In this document: positions 10,517 to 19,797 of the stretch, in pieces
How the letters are laid out: the number at the start of each line of letters is the position of its first letter
How positions within the stretch are numbered: the first letter of the stretch is position 1
IMG/VR virus record: IMGVR_UViG_3300008120_000127
DNA length: 64,000 bases
Reading direction: 5' to 3' (one strand)
Source: an uncultured virus (IMG/VR IMGVR_UViG_3300008120_000127)
Taxonomy: Duplodnaviria; Heunggongvirae; Uroviricota; Caudoviricetes
Notes under the pieces: generated by a model
What the model was told of the DNA's origin: nothing
Seen by the model: only the letters and a program-made list of their open reading frames with translations
The model's database searches: none
Translations under genes and position numbers: made by a program

Positions 10517-12697
10517 ATGCGGAATTTTATAAGTAATTTATTTAGATTATCAACGGTAAGTATAGCTGTTGTAGGATTTTTTGCACCACTATCCAGTGCG
10601 CAAGCAAGTAACACTTTTGTCAATGGAGACTTTAATGGATCCTCCGGATGGACTGTCTCCCAGAACGGAGGCTCTGGAGTTTTATTCAATGGCTCTTTGC
10701 AATTTTCTTATGAAACGGGCGAAGTTTTTCAATCTATTCCTGTCACACCAGGAGAGATTATAAATTTTTCATTTGTGGTTAATAATAGTACGACGAATAG
10801 CATAGGCCAAGGTGCTGTGTCAGACACCTGGACAGCAACTCTATCCTCAGACTCCCCCTCTCCCGCTTCAGCTACGGTCACTAGATCTATTTCCCATAAC
10901 CTGGAAAACTTCAGTTTGTCCATTACCATTCCTGAGGGAGCAACAACCGCTACAATAACCTTTAGTGGTATAGACAATGGATACTGGGCTGGGCACTACG
11001 GTCCGAGCATTGATAATGTAAATTTATCTATCACTCCAGCACCACTGCCTTTTACTCCTGGAAATAATGGCTGCGGTCCATATCAAGCCTTTACTGTCAC
11101 TGGAACTTCTGGTGGCGCAATCTGGGGTTCCAATCCCTACACAGATGACTCAACGTTTTCTTCAGCTGCTGTTCACGCTGGTTTAATTGACGTTGGCGAA
11201 ACCGCGATCATTGAACCATATCTGGTAGACAACTACCCATCCTATGTAGGTAGTACTGCAAATGGCGTCTCAACCTATGACTGGGGAAGTAACTGGTGCG
11301 GGTATTACATTCGTATTCTTGGTACTTCCGGCGAAACACCTACAACTACAACAACTATACCCAACTTTCTTGGAGTTCCCCAGAGCGTTACTGTCACAGA
11401 CACCGGTGAGGGTGTACTTGTTGACTGGGAAGTGGCAAACGACGATACTGGAGTTTCTCCAGAGCGGTATGCAATCTCATGGAGCACTGGCTCTGCTGGA
11501 TGGGGCGTTGCAACCGGAAATGTTGGCGATGCAAGCGCATTAAATACCGAGATATTTCTTGGCTATTCACTATTTGAGGGAACTGGTGGTCTTGGCACTG
11601 AGTATACCTTCACGGTTCGCGCAGATAACGACACAACCGGTGTGTACTCACAACCGTCCTCTGGTATTCAATTTGTAGTTAGCGCACCACCGCCGCCTAC
11701 GACCACTACTACTACCACAACTACAGAACCTCCAACAACAACTACAGAACCAGAGACAACTACTACTGAAGCTCCAGTTGTAACAGAACCAGAAACTACA
11801 ACTACAACTGAGCCAGAAGTTATTCCTCCAGTTGTTATCCCTCCGGATACAGAACCGCCGGTAATTATTCCTGAACCAGAAATCACAATACCCGAACCTG
11901 AAACTACAGAGCCAGAAATAATTATTCCTGAACCAGAAATCACAGAACCAGAACCCGAAACTACGGTTCCAGAAGAGATATCTGATCAAGTAGATGAAAT
12001 CTTATCTGGAAATCTAACTGAAGAAGAATTTGCCAATGCCGTAGATGAAATTTTAACTTCAGCTGATAATGAAGAAGAGCTGGTCGCTGCAGCTACAGAA
12101 TTATTATCTGGCGATCTATCTGCAGAACAGTTTACAGAAGTTATTGATCAAGTGTTTACAGAAGAACTAAGTGACGAAGCCTTTGCCGAAGTACTTGATA
12201 CAGTGTTTGAAGAGCCACTAAGCGATGAAGAATTTACTGCAGTTATCGACGCTGTTTTAGATCAACCATTAAGTGATGAACAATTCGAAGAACTAGTTGA
12301 TGTCTTAAGCAGTGACACAGTCACTGATGAGCAAGTTCAAGAAGCCGTCGATGCAATTATTGAAAATGGAATAACAGAAGATCAAGCAACTGAGATTGCT
12401 ACAAGTGCAGAGGTACTATCTTCTATCGACGGAGATCAAGCAGATGAGATCTTTGCTGAAATTCCGATAGATGAAATAACAGAAGAGCAAGCTTTGGAGA
12501 TTATTGGTGCGGTGCAAGATGCTCCAGAAGAAGTACGTTCTTCATTTGAAGAAGAAATAAATATATTTGGTTCCGGAAGCTTAAATACTTATGTGCCTCT
12601 GGGTTCCAGCATAAATGTAGGACAAAGAAGAGCGGTCATAGCTGCTGGTGCAGTTATAGCCGTTGCTCCAGTAGCTGGAGCTCCAAGAAGAAGATAA
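10517..12697 (+). CDS. Secreted/surface protein: carbohydrate-binding-like domain, LCCL domain, FN3-like domain, PT/PE linker and acidic helical repeats
   Basis: Signal peptide ending AQA-S; LCCL signature IWGSNPYTDDS..SAAVHAG; FN3-like GTEYTFTVRADN; hydrophobic/basic C-terminus. GGGAG SD before the ATG at 10517. Confidence 0.75.
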   Translation: MRNFISNLFRLSTVSIAVVGFFAPLSSAQASNTFVNGDFNGSSGWTVSQNGGSGVLFNGSLQFSYETGEVFQSIPVTPGEIINFSFVVNNSTTNSIGQGAVSDTWTATLSSDSPSPASATVTRSISHNLENFSLSITIPEGATTATITFSGIDNGYWAGHYGPSIDNVNLSITPAPLPFTPGNNGCGPYQAFTVTGTSGGAIWGSNPYTDDSTFSSAAVHAGLIDVGETAIIEPYLVDNYPSYVGSTANGVSTYDWGSNWCGYYIRILGTSGETPTTTTTIPNFLGVPQSVTVTDTGEGVLVDWEVANDDTGVSPERYAISWSTGSAGWGVATGNVGDASALNTEIFLGYSLFEGTGGLGTEYTFTVRADNDTTGVYSQPSSGIQFVVSAPPPPTTTTTTTTTEPPTTTTEPETTTTEAPVVTEPETTTTTEPEVIPPVVIPPDTEPPVIIPEPEITIPEPETTEPEIIIPEPEITEPEPETTVPEEISDQVDEILSGNLTEEEFANAVDEILTSADNEEELVAAATELLSGDLSAEQFTEVIDQVFTEELSDEAFAEVLDTVFEEPLSDEEFTAVIDAVLDQPLSDEQFEELVDVLSSDTVTDEQVQEAVDAIIENGITEDQATEIATSAEVLSSIDGDQADEIFAEIPIDEITEEQALEIIGAVQDAPEEVRSSFEEEINIFGSGSLNTYVPLGSSINVGQRRAVIAAGAVIAVAPVAGAPRRR

Positions 12698-12715
12698 CAA
12701 CAGGGAGATATAATA

Positions 12716-12904
12716 ATGAAAAAATTTATGACTAAATTAATAACTGCACTTTACGAACAAGCTTGGACAATAGCTGGAACTATATTGGTTCTCATTACTT
12801 TGTCTGGCGACATACAAACATGGGGCATAAAGATCAGCGTTATTACATTGATAATAGTTCTATTTGGCGCTGTGATCAAAAAAGAAATGGATGATTCTGA
12901 TTGA
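12716..12904 (+). CDS. Small two-TM membrane protein
   Basis: Two hydrophobic segments and a GGGAG SD; co-oriented with the LCCL gene. Confidence 0.7.
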   Translation: MKKFMTKLITALYEQAWTIAGTILVLITLSGDIQTWGIKISVITLIIVLFGAVIKKEMDDSD

Positions 12905-12906
12905 TC

Positions 12907-13281
12907 TTATTTAACTATAAGATCTTCAGGAATAATCCACAGCTTACAAATAGCGTTTGACTCTATCTTCCCAGCTACAATTTCGCATCCCTGTCCACCC
13001 ATAAAAAATACACAGTTAGAACAAACCATTCCCTGTTTAATAAAAGGATTTAACTTAGACGGTGCGTAGTGTGCACCGTTAGCTTTAGCTGTTTGGTCAA
13101 ACTTGCCAAACATTTCCACTAAATGCTCATAGTGATCATACATCATTTTTTGACGAGGATTTAATTTTTCCTCAGGATCATCTGGATCCTCTTCGTCCTC
13201 AGGTTCTTCCTCAGGCATCTCGTCTTCTGGCATTTCTTCATCATCGCCATTAGAATATTCTGATAACCAATAATTATTCAT
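12907..13281 (-). CDS. HiPIP-like 4-Cys protein, paralog 2
   Basis: CSNCVFF...CEIVAGKIESNAICKLW. Confidence 0.6.
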   Translation of the reverse strand: MNNYWLSEYSNGDDEEMPEDEMPEEEPEDEEDPDDPEEKLNPRQKMMYDHYEHLVEMFGKFDQTAKANGAHYAPSKLNPFIKQGMVCSNCVFFMGGQGCEIVAGKIESNAICKLWIIPEDLIVK

Positions 13282-13597
13282 CCTTAGGTCCACCTTTTAC
13301 TGCGCCCTGCCAAATTGCAGCGAGTCTACAATAACCATCTTCCTCTACAGTTTGAGCAACAATCTTGCACACGCCATTGCCTTCATAGAAGGCGCAGTTT
13401 CCACACTTGACACCTATTGGAAGGTTATCATTTTCCATTGCAGGCACATAGCCAACCCATATGCCATTAGCGTCACCATTGGCTAACTTGCCATACTTGC
13501 CAACAATGCCAATCATGGCGTTAACATACTCTGCTTCTGCTGGAGCAAGCTTTTGTTCCATTTGCTCTAGAAATTCGGCTAACCAATAAATTGACAT
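13274..13597 (-). CDS. HiPIP-like 4-Cys protein, paralog 1
   Basis: CGNCAFY...CKIVAQTVEEDGYCRL. Confidence 0.6.
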   Translation of the reverse strand: MSIYWLAEFLEQMEQKLAPAEAEYVNAMIGIVGKYGKLANGDANGIWVGYVPAMENDNLPIGVKCGNCAFYEGNGVCKIVAQTVEEDGYCRLAAIWQGAVKGGPKDE

Positions 13598-13627
13598 ATG
13601 ATATTCTCCTATTTAGATTTAATACAT

Positions 13628-13634
13628 ATAGTAA
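13628..13634 (-). promoter_or_regulatory. TTACTAT putative late promoter
   Basis: Intergenic, 31 nt upstream of the ATG at 13597. Confidence 0.6.
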
Positions 13635-13644
13635 CGATATTATA

Positions 13645-14814
13645 CTATATAATTCCTCTGCGCTGCATTTCTAATCTTTTATTTGTTTCATTTTCGTCTT
13701 GAACAGAACGAGTGCCACGAGATAAACCAAAACCAGCTACACCAAGGGCACCAGCTATGCCGAGCATCTTTAAATTTCTGGCACCGTTTGGACCTTTGGT
13801 CACTGCTGCAGAAACATCATCAGCTAATGCTCTCATTTTCCCAGGTGCTTTTGCCGGTGCACCACTAGACGGCCTTGGTGGCGTTGGAGCATTGGAATGT
13901 ATTGTAGCCTTTGGTGGTGGGGTTGCATTTCCTGATTGAGTTGTAGCTTGTGCTGTTTGCTGAGCTCCAGCAGCAGTTGGTGTTGGAGCAGTAGTATTAG
14001 CTGATATAACAGGTCTGCCAATTGGTTTCTTAGGTGGAGTTGGCCCAGTTGTTACCGTAGGTGTTGGAGGAAATGCTCCGGGCGTAGGCCCAGTTGTTAC
14101 CGTAGGTGTTGGAGGAACTGCTCCGGGCGTAGGCCCAGTTGTTACCGTAGGTGTTGGAGGAACTGCTCCGGGTGTAGGTCCAGTAGTCACTGTAGCGGTA
14201 GGGACGGCAACTCCTGAGCCAGCGCCAGTTAAAGTTTTTGAACCAGATAAAATCTCTTCGACTACATTAGATCTTAATATTTTTTCATCTACAGTTTCTG
14301 CAGCCCTTTCTCCTCTTTGAACATTTTTTTTAAGCGCTTCAGCTGCAGATAAGCTTCTTGTATTTTCTGTAGTATCATAAATTGTTTGATCCATAAAAAT
14401 GGAATTACCCTTATTGGCATTCCATCCAGCATCTCCGTCAGATATTTCTGGAAGCTTAAATCTAGCTGTTCTTCCCTCTTTTGTTCTGAGGTATATGGAC
14501 CCTTTGCCTTCAAGAGCTTTTTGCTCAGAAGGAGTCATGTCTAAATATTTTTGAGATGTAGATGGATCAGTTTGAAAAATATGGCTTATATTCCCAGAAT
14601 TAATCTCATCCATTACTTCTTGTGGCATATTCTCAAGAATTCTTGGATCTAATCCTGAAAGATATTTCAATAAATCATCACTAGCCATATCGGCTGTATC
14701 TGTCAATTGAAATATTGGAGTACCTTTATGGGAAACTGTTTTTGAAACTTCAAATGGCGTTAGTCCAACTTTTGGTACATACTCTGGCTCAAACTCTTGC
14801 GCAGGGAAAAACAT
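13645..14814 (-). CDS. Pro/Thr-rich protein with a C-terminal hydrophobic segment
   Basis: PTPTVTTGPTPGAVP repeats; LGIAGALGVAGFGL near the C-terminus. Confidence 0.7.
   Translation of the reverse strand: MFFPAQEFEPEYVPKVGLTPFEVSKTVSHKGTPIFQLTDTADMASDDLLKYLSGLDPRILENMPQEVMDEINSGNISHIFQTDPSTSQKYLDMTPSEQKALEGKGSIYLRTKEGRTARFKLPEISDGDAGWNANKGNSIFMDQTIYDTTENTRSLSAAEALKKNVQRGERAAETVDEKILRSNVVEEILSGSKTLTGAGSGVAVPTATVTTGPTPGAVPPTPTVTTGPTPGAVPPTPTVTTGPTPGAFPPTPTVTTGPTPPKKPIGRPVISANTTAPTPTAAGAQQTAQATTQSGNATPPPKATIHSNAPTPPRPSSGAPAKAPGKMRALADDVSAAVTKGPNGARNLKMLGIAGALGVAGFGLSRGTRSVQDENETNKRLEMQRRGII
14042..14200. repeat. 45-nt tandem repeat (three near-identical units plus one degenerate)
   Basis: Unit ggcccagttgttaccgtaggtgttggaggaactgctccgggcgta. 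Confidence 0.9.
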
Positions 14815-14823
14815 TGCTATATA

Positions 14824-15027
14824 TTACTTGATACAATTTCTTGAACAAAATTTTTGATTATTATGCTCGTAAACCATACCTCGCTGGAGTTGACGACTAC
14901 ATGTTGGACAAGTAAAGGAAACACCTTTTAATCCGACATATAATACTGGCTTACCTGGTTGCTCTACTTTTAAAGTAGCTACGGGTGTATTGGATACATT
15001 TTTCTTTGCGGGTTTTTTTCCGGCCAT
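14824..15027 (-). CDS. Small basic Zn-finger-like protein
   Basis: CPTC...FCSRNC. Confidence 0.65.
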   Translation of the reverse strand: MAGKKPAKKNVSNTPVATLKVEQPGKPVLYVGLKGVSFTCPTCSRQLQRGMVYEHNNQKFCSRNCIK

Positions 15028-15059
15028 GACTTACTCCTTACATAATATTTAACAACAAT

Positions 15060-15066
15060 ATAGTAA
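15060..15066 (-). promoter_or_regulatory. TTACTAT putative late promoter
   Basis: Intergenic, 33 nt upstream of the ATG at 15027. Confidence 0.6.
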
Positions 15067-15076
15067 CTAATCTAGC

Positions 15077-15715
15077 TTAAATATATTCGCCAAACTTCTT
15101 TATTTCCCTACCGGGCACTCCGACTACAGTTGTATGATCGCTTATATTATCTATGACTACAGTGCCAGCGCCCAGTGTACATTCTCTTCCTATTGATTTG
15201 AAATTAATAATCACTGCGCCAGCCCCTATAGAAGTGGTGTCGCCAACTTTAACATCCCCACAAACCCTAACGCCGGGACTTACCGTGCAGTAGTCTCCTA
15301 TAAAGCTAGATTGATTAATCGACGCTGCAGAATTAATATGGACATGCTTGCCTATCTTAACATTTGTTGTTAATAAAGAATATGGCCCCATAGTAATGCC
15401 ATTACCATATGAGCACTCGCTACCTATTAAAGCTGTCTCATGGATCAAATTAGCTGACTTTTCATCGTCTCCATAGAGTAAGTCTATTTTTTTTCTTATT
15501 ATTGAGGAGTTAATGGCAATACAATATTTTAAATTTTTATATTTATTTAAATAAACGCTCAGCGATGAAACCGGCCCTATCGTCTTGTCGCTATACCTAT
15601 TTACCGGATCATCATCTAGATAACCTATAATGTTCCATTTAATATATTTATCATTTTCAGATAGATAGGTCAGGTCAACAGCATGTCCGCCCGCTCCAAT
15701 GATTATTAAATCCAT
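15077..15715 (-). CDS. Sugar acetyltransferase, NeuD/PglD-like
   Basis: IIIGAGGHA, GYLDD, hexapeptide repeats and VVGVPGR. Confidence 0.9.
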   Translation of the reverse strand: MDLIIIGAGGHAVDLTYLSENDKYIKWNIIGYLDDDPVNRYSDKTIGPVSSLSVYLNKYKNLKYCIAINSSIIRKKIDLLYGDDEKSANLIHETALIGSECSYGNGITMGPYSLLTTNVKIGKHVHINSAASINQSSFIGDYCTVSPGVRVCGDVKVGDTTSIGAGAVIINFKSIGRECTLGAGTVVIDNISDHTTVVGVPGREIKKFGEYI

Positions 15716-15719
15716 AAAA

Positions 15720-16430
15720 CTACCACAAAAATAAATAACTTCCAAAACTACTGTCTATTTGTTCTAAGCTTATTTTTCTACCCTGCTCATCAAATACCTG
15801 TTTTGTATTAGCAAGATTTTGCGTGAGTTCTTTAAGTAAGGATTCGCCATTATTAAAAAAGGGAGTGTGCAGAGATAAAAATAATGGTATCTTTGCTTGG
15901 TTTAAAACTTTTATGTATTCTTTGATTAGTTGAAACTCGTGTCCCTCAATATCAATTTTTATTAAAGAAAAATCTCCAAGCGAAATTAACTCATCTAGAC
16001 CCATTGCTTTAACAGCAATACCCGAAGATGCATTCTCTGAGACTCTTGTCATTGAATCTCCAAAGAACCTATTTGGTTTGAGGTAAGCTGTTTGTAAATT
16101 TGAAGCAGCGGCGTTAAAGTGAATTATATTGGTAATTGAGTTTAAGGAAATATTTTTTTGCAGGATCTTATAGGCGGTAGGGTCTGGCTCTACGGCAAAT
16201 ACTCTTCTGCTTAGAAATGAAGCGTAGATTGCCGTTGGTCCAACCCATGAGCCTATATCTAAATAATCTTTATCTTTTGATAAATACTTATCTAATACTT
16301 GAAAAGTGCTATTCTCCCAAGAAGAATATTTTTCTGACCAAAAATTATAACCAACATCTTGATGGAGCTCTTTGCTGTCTTCTACTTTAAAGGAAATATT
16401 ATTTTTATTTACTATAATTTCTTTTTGCAT
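15720..16430 (-). CDS. FkbM-family methyltransferase
   Basis: YLDIGSWVG, VFAVEP and LIKIDIEGHE. Confidence 0.9.
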   Translation of the reverse strand: MQKEIIVNKNNISFKVEDSKELHQDVGYNFWSEKYSSWENSTFQVLDKYLSKDKDYLDIGSWVGPTAIYASFLSRRVFAVEPDPTAYKILQKNISLNSITNIIHFNAAASNLQTAYLKPNRFFGDSMTRVSENASSGIAVKAMGLDELISLGDFSLIKIDIEGHEFQLIKEYIKVLNQAKIPLFLSLHTPFFNNGESLLKELTQNLANTKQVFDEQGRKISLEQIDSSFGSYLFLW

Positions 16431-16977
16431 TTATAGGAACCATCCTTCACTTCTTCTTCCACCAATATGCGTCACATATGGCTTATCATATATTTCTCCA
16501 TAAAAACCAAATCTATAACTGTCATTTAACGAGTGAACTTTTGAAGTGAATTCAGATTCGCCACCATGATCTGGCCACCCCATTCTTACGGTAGACATTG
16601 GATACAAACAAGGATTTAAAGTAAACAATCTACCATGTTCAAAAAAGCCATCCTTTTGAGTGTAGTCTTCTAAGTGTTGAAAGACAAATCCGCCCACCTC
16701 TTCTTCGGGCGGATTAACCGGAGCGCGCACCAAAGCCATTTGAACAAGATTAGGATTAGATTCAAGAAGTGATATAAGATTTTCAATACTGATTTCCTGA
16801 TTAAACAAGAAGTCATCTTCTAAATGAAAAATATAATCTGAATCACGAGAAACGGAAGTCCATGCTGACTGTACTGCTCCAGCCAAACCTCTTCTAGTTT
16901 CATGTGAAACTATACGAAAATCTGGATAATTAGACATTAAATATTGCAGTTATTATTATCAAAGAAACTTTATTCAT
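16431..16977 (-). pseudogene. GT2-like glycosyltransferase with a disrupted N-terminus
   Basis: The coupled start at 16977 (MNKVSLIIIT) is out of frame with the body 16431..16937 (GLAGAVQ..., YIFHLEDDF, HIGGRRS). Confidence 0.55.
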
Positions 16978-17852
16978 CACAACTCCATTATTGGGGCTGG
17001 GTCATGTATCAATCTGCCCAAATCTCCCTGTACTAAAATATTTTTGTAATACATTTTTTCTAAGCCAGGTACGCCATTTGCTTCGAATTCTTCAAACTCT
17101 TGCCACCATGCAGCACCTTTATATAAATCATGATTGCTAGGAAGAGCTTTACACGCTTCATAGGCATTCGTCACTTTTTTAATAAAATGATCAAGAGATC
17201 TCCACTGGAAATGTCTAATGGCAAGAATCTGTGGACCAAAAACAATCCGATCATGACCATAATCGTCAATGTAAACGTTGACATTAGCGCCAATATTCCC
17301 ACCGTTATGTTGAACAAAATGATTTCCATTTGAAATCTTGACAAAAGCATCGTTTTTTCTAAACCTAAAGCAGCTCTTATGGTTTGTTGGGAGATCCCAT
17401 TTATATTGCATTGAATGAAATGGCGATTTCCCTGGGGTGTCATATTCTGTTACGGAATGATTTGTGTATAACGTTCTATATACGTCAACGTTTTCGGCAT
17501 CTAGTTGACTGAAGGCATCAGAAAGAGTTTGATTTGGCGAAAACCAAATTTCATCTATATCAAAAGGAATAATCCACTGTGCACCATTTTCTCTAGCTCT
17601 TTGCGCTAGAGCGGTCATCTTTTCACTTTGAGTATATCCGACAACATCATCTTTTAAAAGAACAACTTGAGTATCGCATCCATGCGATTGTATGTGCTCC
17701 TTGGCTAGATTCATTTGTTCCCAGGTATTATCTTTGGATAAATTATCTGCAATAATAATTCCGTTTACTTTATTTGCAGCGAGATGAATCATGGTGTGAT
17801 ATATGATATCACCCTCATCTCTTGCCATTCCAACTGCCCATACATTAGACAT
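16977..17852 (-). CDS. GT2-type glycosyltransferase
   Basis: MARDEGDII, IIADNLSKDNT, WIIPFDIDE and RHFQWRS. Confidence 0.85.
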   Translation of the reverse strand: MSNVWAVGMARDEGDIIYHTMIHLAANKVNGIIIADNLSKDNTWEQMNLAKEHIQSHGCDTQVVLLKDDVVGYTQSEKMTALAQRARENGAQWIIPFDIDEIWFSPNQTLSDAFSQLDAENVDVYRTLYTNHSVTEYDTPGKSPFHSMQYKWDLPTNHKSCFRFRKNDAFVKISNGNHFVQHNGGNIGANVNVYIDDYGHDRIVFGPQILAIRHFQWRSLDHFIKKVTNAYEACKALPSNHDLYKGAAWWQEFEEFEANGVPGLEKMYYKNILVQGDLGRLIHDPAPIMEL

Positions 17853-18585
17853 TTCTATCTTCTCCCATTGTCGGCATGAAACCGTTTGTGCAGTTCCACT
17901 GCACTGACTTTTCCCTATAAACTTTCCCCTGCAAAGGTTTATCATAATCTATTGGATGAAATAAGAATCCATTTTTTTCTATTCTATCAAAGAAGTATGC
18001 ATCAGCGCCGGACCAGGCGTGCGGGTGATCGTCCCATCCGTCTACTAAATCAAACACTCTTCTAGTTGTCATGACTTGATTATGGTCTAACTTATCAGCG
18101 CCTCTTTCCAAAGGTGAACTAAACCATCTAACGCCTCTACCATCTAATCCCCAGCCATCAATATTGCCATCTGCATCTAGGATGTGTTGTGCGCAGAAGA
18201 CAACATCATGTTTATTTTTTTCCGCTGAAAAAACCATTTTCTCAATCATCTCAGGATAATAAAAGTCATCGTCCGCCAAATAGCAAATGTATTTTGATCT
18301 TGAATATAAACGAACTGCGGTGTTTATCTGAGTAGCATATCTGGCGGTATTTAACCTATCTTGCTCTTTGATAAATGAATTAAAGAATGTTATTCTTTTA
18401 TCTCCACGATAATTATCAACAACATCACGAATTACATCCATGACTTTTGTGTTTGGGGAATTGTCTTCTGCAATAATTAAATGAATATTATCGTAGGTTT
18501 GCTGAATGACTGAATGTATTGCTTTTTCTAAATAGCTTGGCTTATTATAGCTAGTTAATACAACTGACACTTCTGGATTATTCAT
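17845..18585 (-). CDS. GT2 glycosyltransferase
   Basis: VSVVLTSYN...AIHSV..QTY, IAEDNS and YLADDDFY. Confidence 0.9.
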   Translation of the reverse strand: MNNPEVSVVLTSYNKPSYLEKAIHSVIQQTYDNIHLIIAEDNSPNTKVMDVIRDVVDNYRGDKRITFFNSFIKEQDRLNTARYATQINTAVRLYSRSKYICYLADDDFYYPEMIEKMVFSAEKNKHDVVFCAQHILDADGNIDGWGLDGRGVRWFSSPLERGADKLDHNQVMTTRRVFDLVDGWDDHPHAWSGADAYFFDRIEKNGFLFHPIDYDKPLQGKVYREKSVQWNCTNGFMPTMGEDRNV

Positions 18586-18612
18586 ATCTTTCCTTTTTAC
18601 AAAAACATTTTG

Positions 18613-18703
18613 CGGAGAGGGTGGGATTTGAACCCACGGACACTTTTAAGGGTGTCGACATCTTAGCAGGATGTTCCATTCAACCGTGCTCTGGCACCTC
18701 TCC
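18613..18703 (-). tRNA. tRNA-Ser (anticodon GCT)
   Basis: Acceptor stem GGAGAGG/CCTCTCC; anticodon arm ACATC-CTGCTAA-GATGT; long variable arm; T-arm GGTTCAAATCC; G discriminator; no encoded CCA. Confidence 0.92.
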
Positions 18704-18711
18704 TAAATATA

Positions 18712-19470
18712 TCAGGGAACTATGCCTGGGCGCTCTACATCTTCTAACAATCTAGTTCTGCTCCATGCTCCACATGAGTTACAGAACCACTGTTGATAGG
18801 TTCCTATTTGAGTATAGCGTTGACCTCTACGCTGGAGGTCGTCTGACCCACATGTCGGACAACTGCATTCGCCAGAATAAACGTTGAGATTTGGATGATT
18901 AGTCATCCAAGGTCTTAGCTTCATATAAACTTTACGTAACAAATCGACATCCTGCTTTGCATACTTGGTCATTAGTTTCCAGGCTTTCAAATCACCACGC
19001 ATACATCCGGCCCATGTTTCAAAGCCGCCCGTATCAACTTTTCTTCCAACACCCAAGTGCTGACCAAGGTGATCTAACTTATTGCTATTAAACATGAAAT
19101 ATCTTCTAGCAACTTTTAAGGTATCAATTTGTTTAACTGGAGATGTTGGACCAAGATTGTGGTAAACAAATCTAGCGTTTGCTTTGCGCATATCAAATCT
19201 ATCGCCATTATGAGCAATAACAATATCGGCTTCATCTATTAATTCCCATAGCTTCTTGGCAACAAAGAAGTCATTTTCTGGATCTTTTTTATATGCGTCA
19301 GGAAAATCAATTAAAGAACACACCTGTGTCTTACTGTCGCCTTCCCATCTATAGGAAACGCATAGCAGATACCATTCTCTGTCGTGCTCAATAACATTTT
19401 GTTCAAAGTGACCCCAAACATAACTTAAGTTTGGAGCTGTTTCTATATCATAATATAAAATTTTTGCCAT
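18712..19470 (-). CDS. RNase H-like/DEDD 3'-5' exonuclease with C-terminal Zn ribbon
   Basis: YYDIET, AHNGDRFD, YAKQDV and CPTC...CNSC. Confidence 0.85.
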   Translation of the reverse strand: MAKILYYDIETAPNLSYVWGHFEQNVIEHDREWYLLCVSYRWEGDSKTQVCSLIDFPDAYKKDPENDFFVAKKLWELIDEADIVIAHNGDRFDMRKANARFVYHNLGPTSPVKQIDTLKVARRYFMFNSNKLDHLGQHLGVGRKVDTGGFETWAGCMRGDLKAWKLMTKYAKQDVDLLRKVYMKLRPWMTNHPNLNVYSGECSCPTCGSDDLQRRGQRYTQIGTYQQWFCNSCGAWSRTRLLEDVERPGIVP

Positions 19471-19526
19471 AATAGCACCGTCTCTTTATTTGAGTAACAT
19501 CGGTTGAATACTACATATACTTATAC

Positions 19527-19535
19527 ATTATAACA
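19527..19535 (-). promoter_or_regulatory. Extended -10 promoter (TGTTATAAT)
   Basis: Intergenic, upstream of the exonuclease/tRNA/GT block. Confidence 0.55.
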
Positions 19536-19537
19536 CA

Positions 19538-19579
19538 AATGGTGGCACGATGCTCATACTGTCACATCGTGCCACCATT
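19538..19579 (-). terminator. 15-bp perfect inverted repeat, probable terminator
   Basis: aatggtggcacgatg / catcgtgccaccatt directly after the stop at 19591. Confidence 0.65.
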
Positions 19580-19590
19580 ATAATAAGTAA

Positions 19591-19797
19591 TTATGCGTTT
19601 AACACTTTCAATATAACAAAAAACAATTTTTGAAGCTGATCCTCCATGAGCGAAAGTATTATTTCTTTGTCGTCGCCCAAAGTTATCTTTACTATGTGCC
19701 CATTAATTAATGATCCATCTCCAGTTATCATTGGTGTCTGACCAGTAATTTCAATATTTTTTATTGCTGGCATAAAGCCAGAAAAAACTTCATCCAT
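19591..19797 (-). CDS. Hypothetical protein
   Basis: ORF track; TAATG coupling. Confidence 0.65.
   Translation of the reverse strand: MDEVFSGFMPAIKNIEITGQTPMITGDGSLINGHIVKITLGDDKEIILSLMEDQLQKLFFVILKVLNA

Noticed and set aside
14042..14200. 45-nt repeats as a CRISPR array
   Set aside because: Head-to-tail units without unique spacers, in frame within a CDS.
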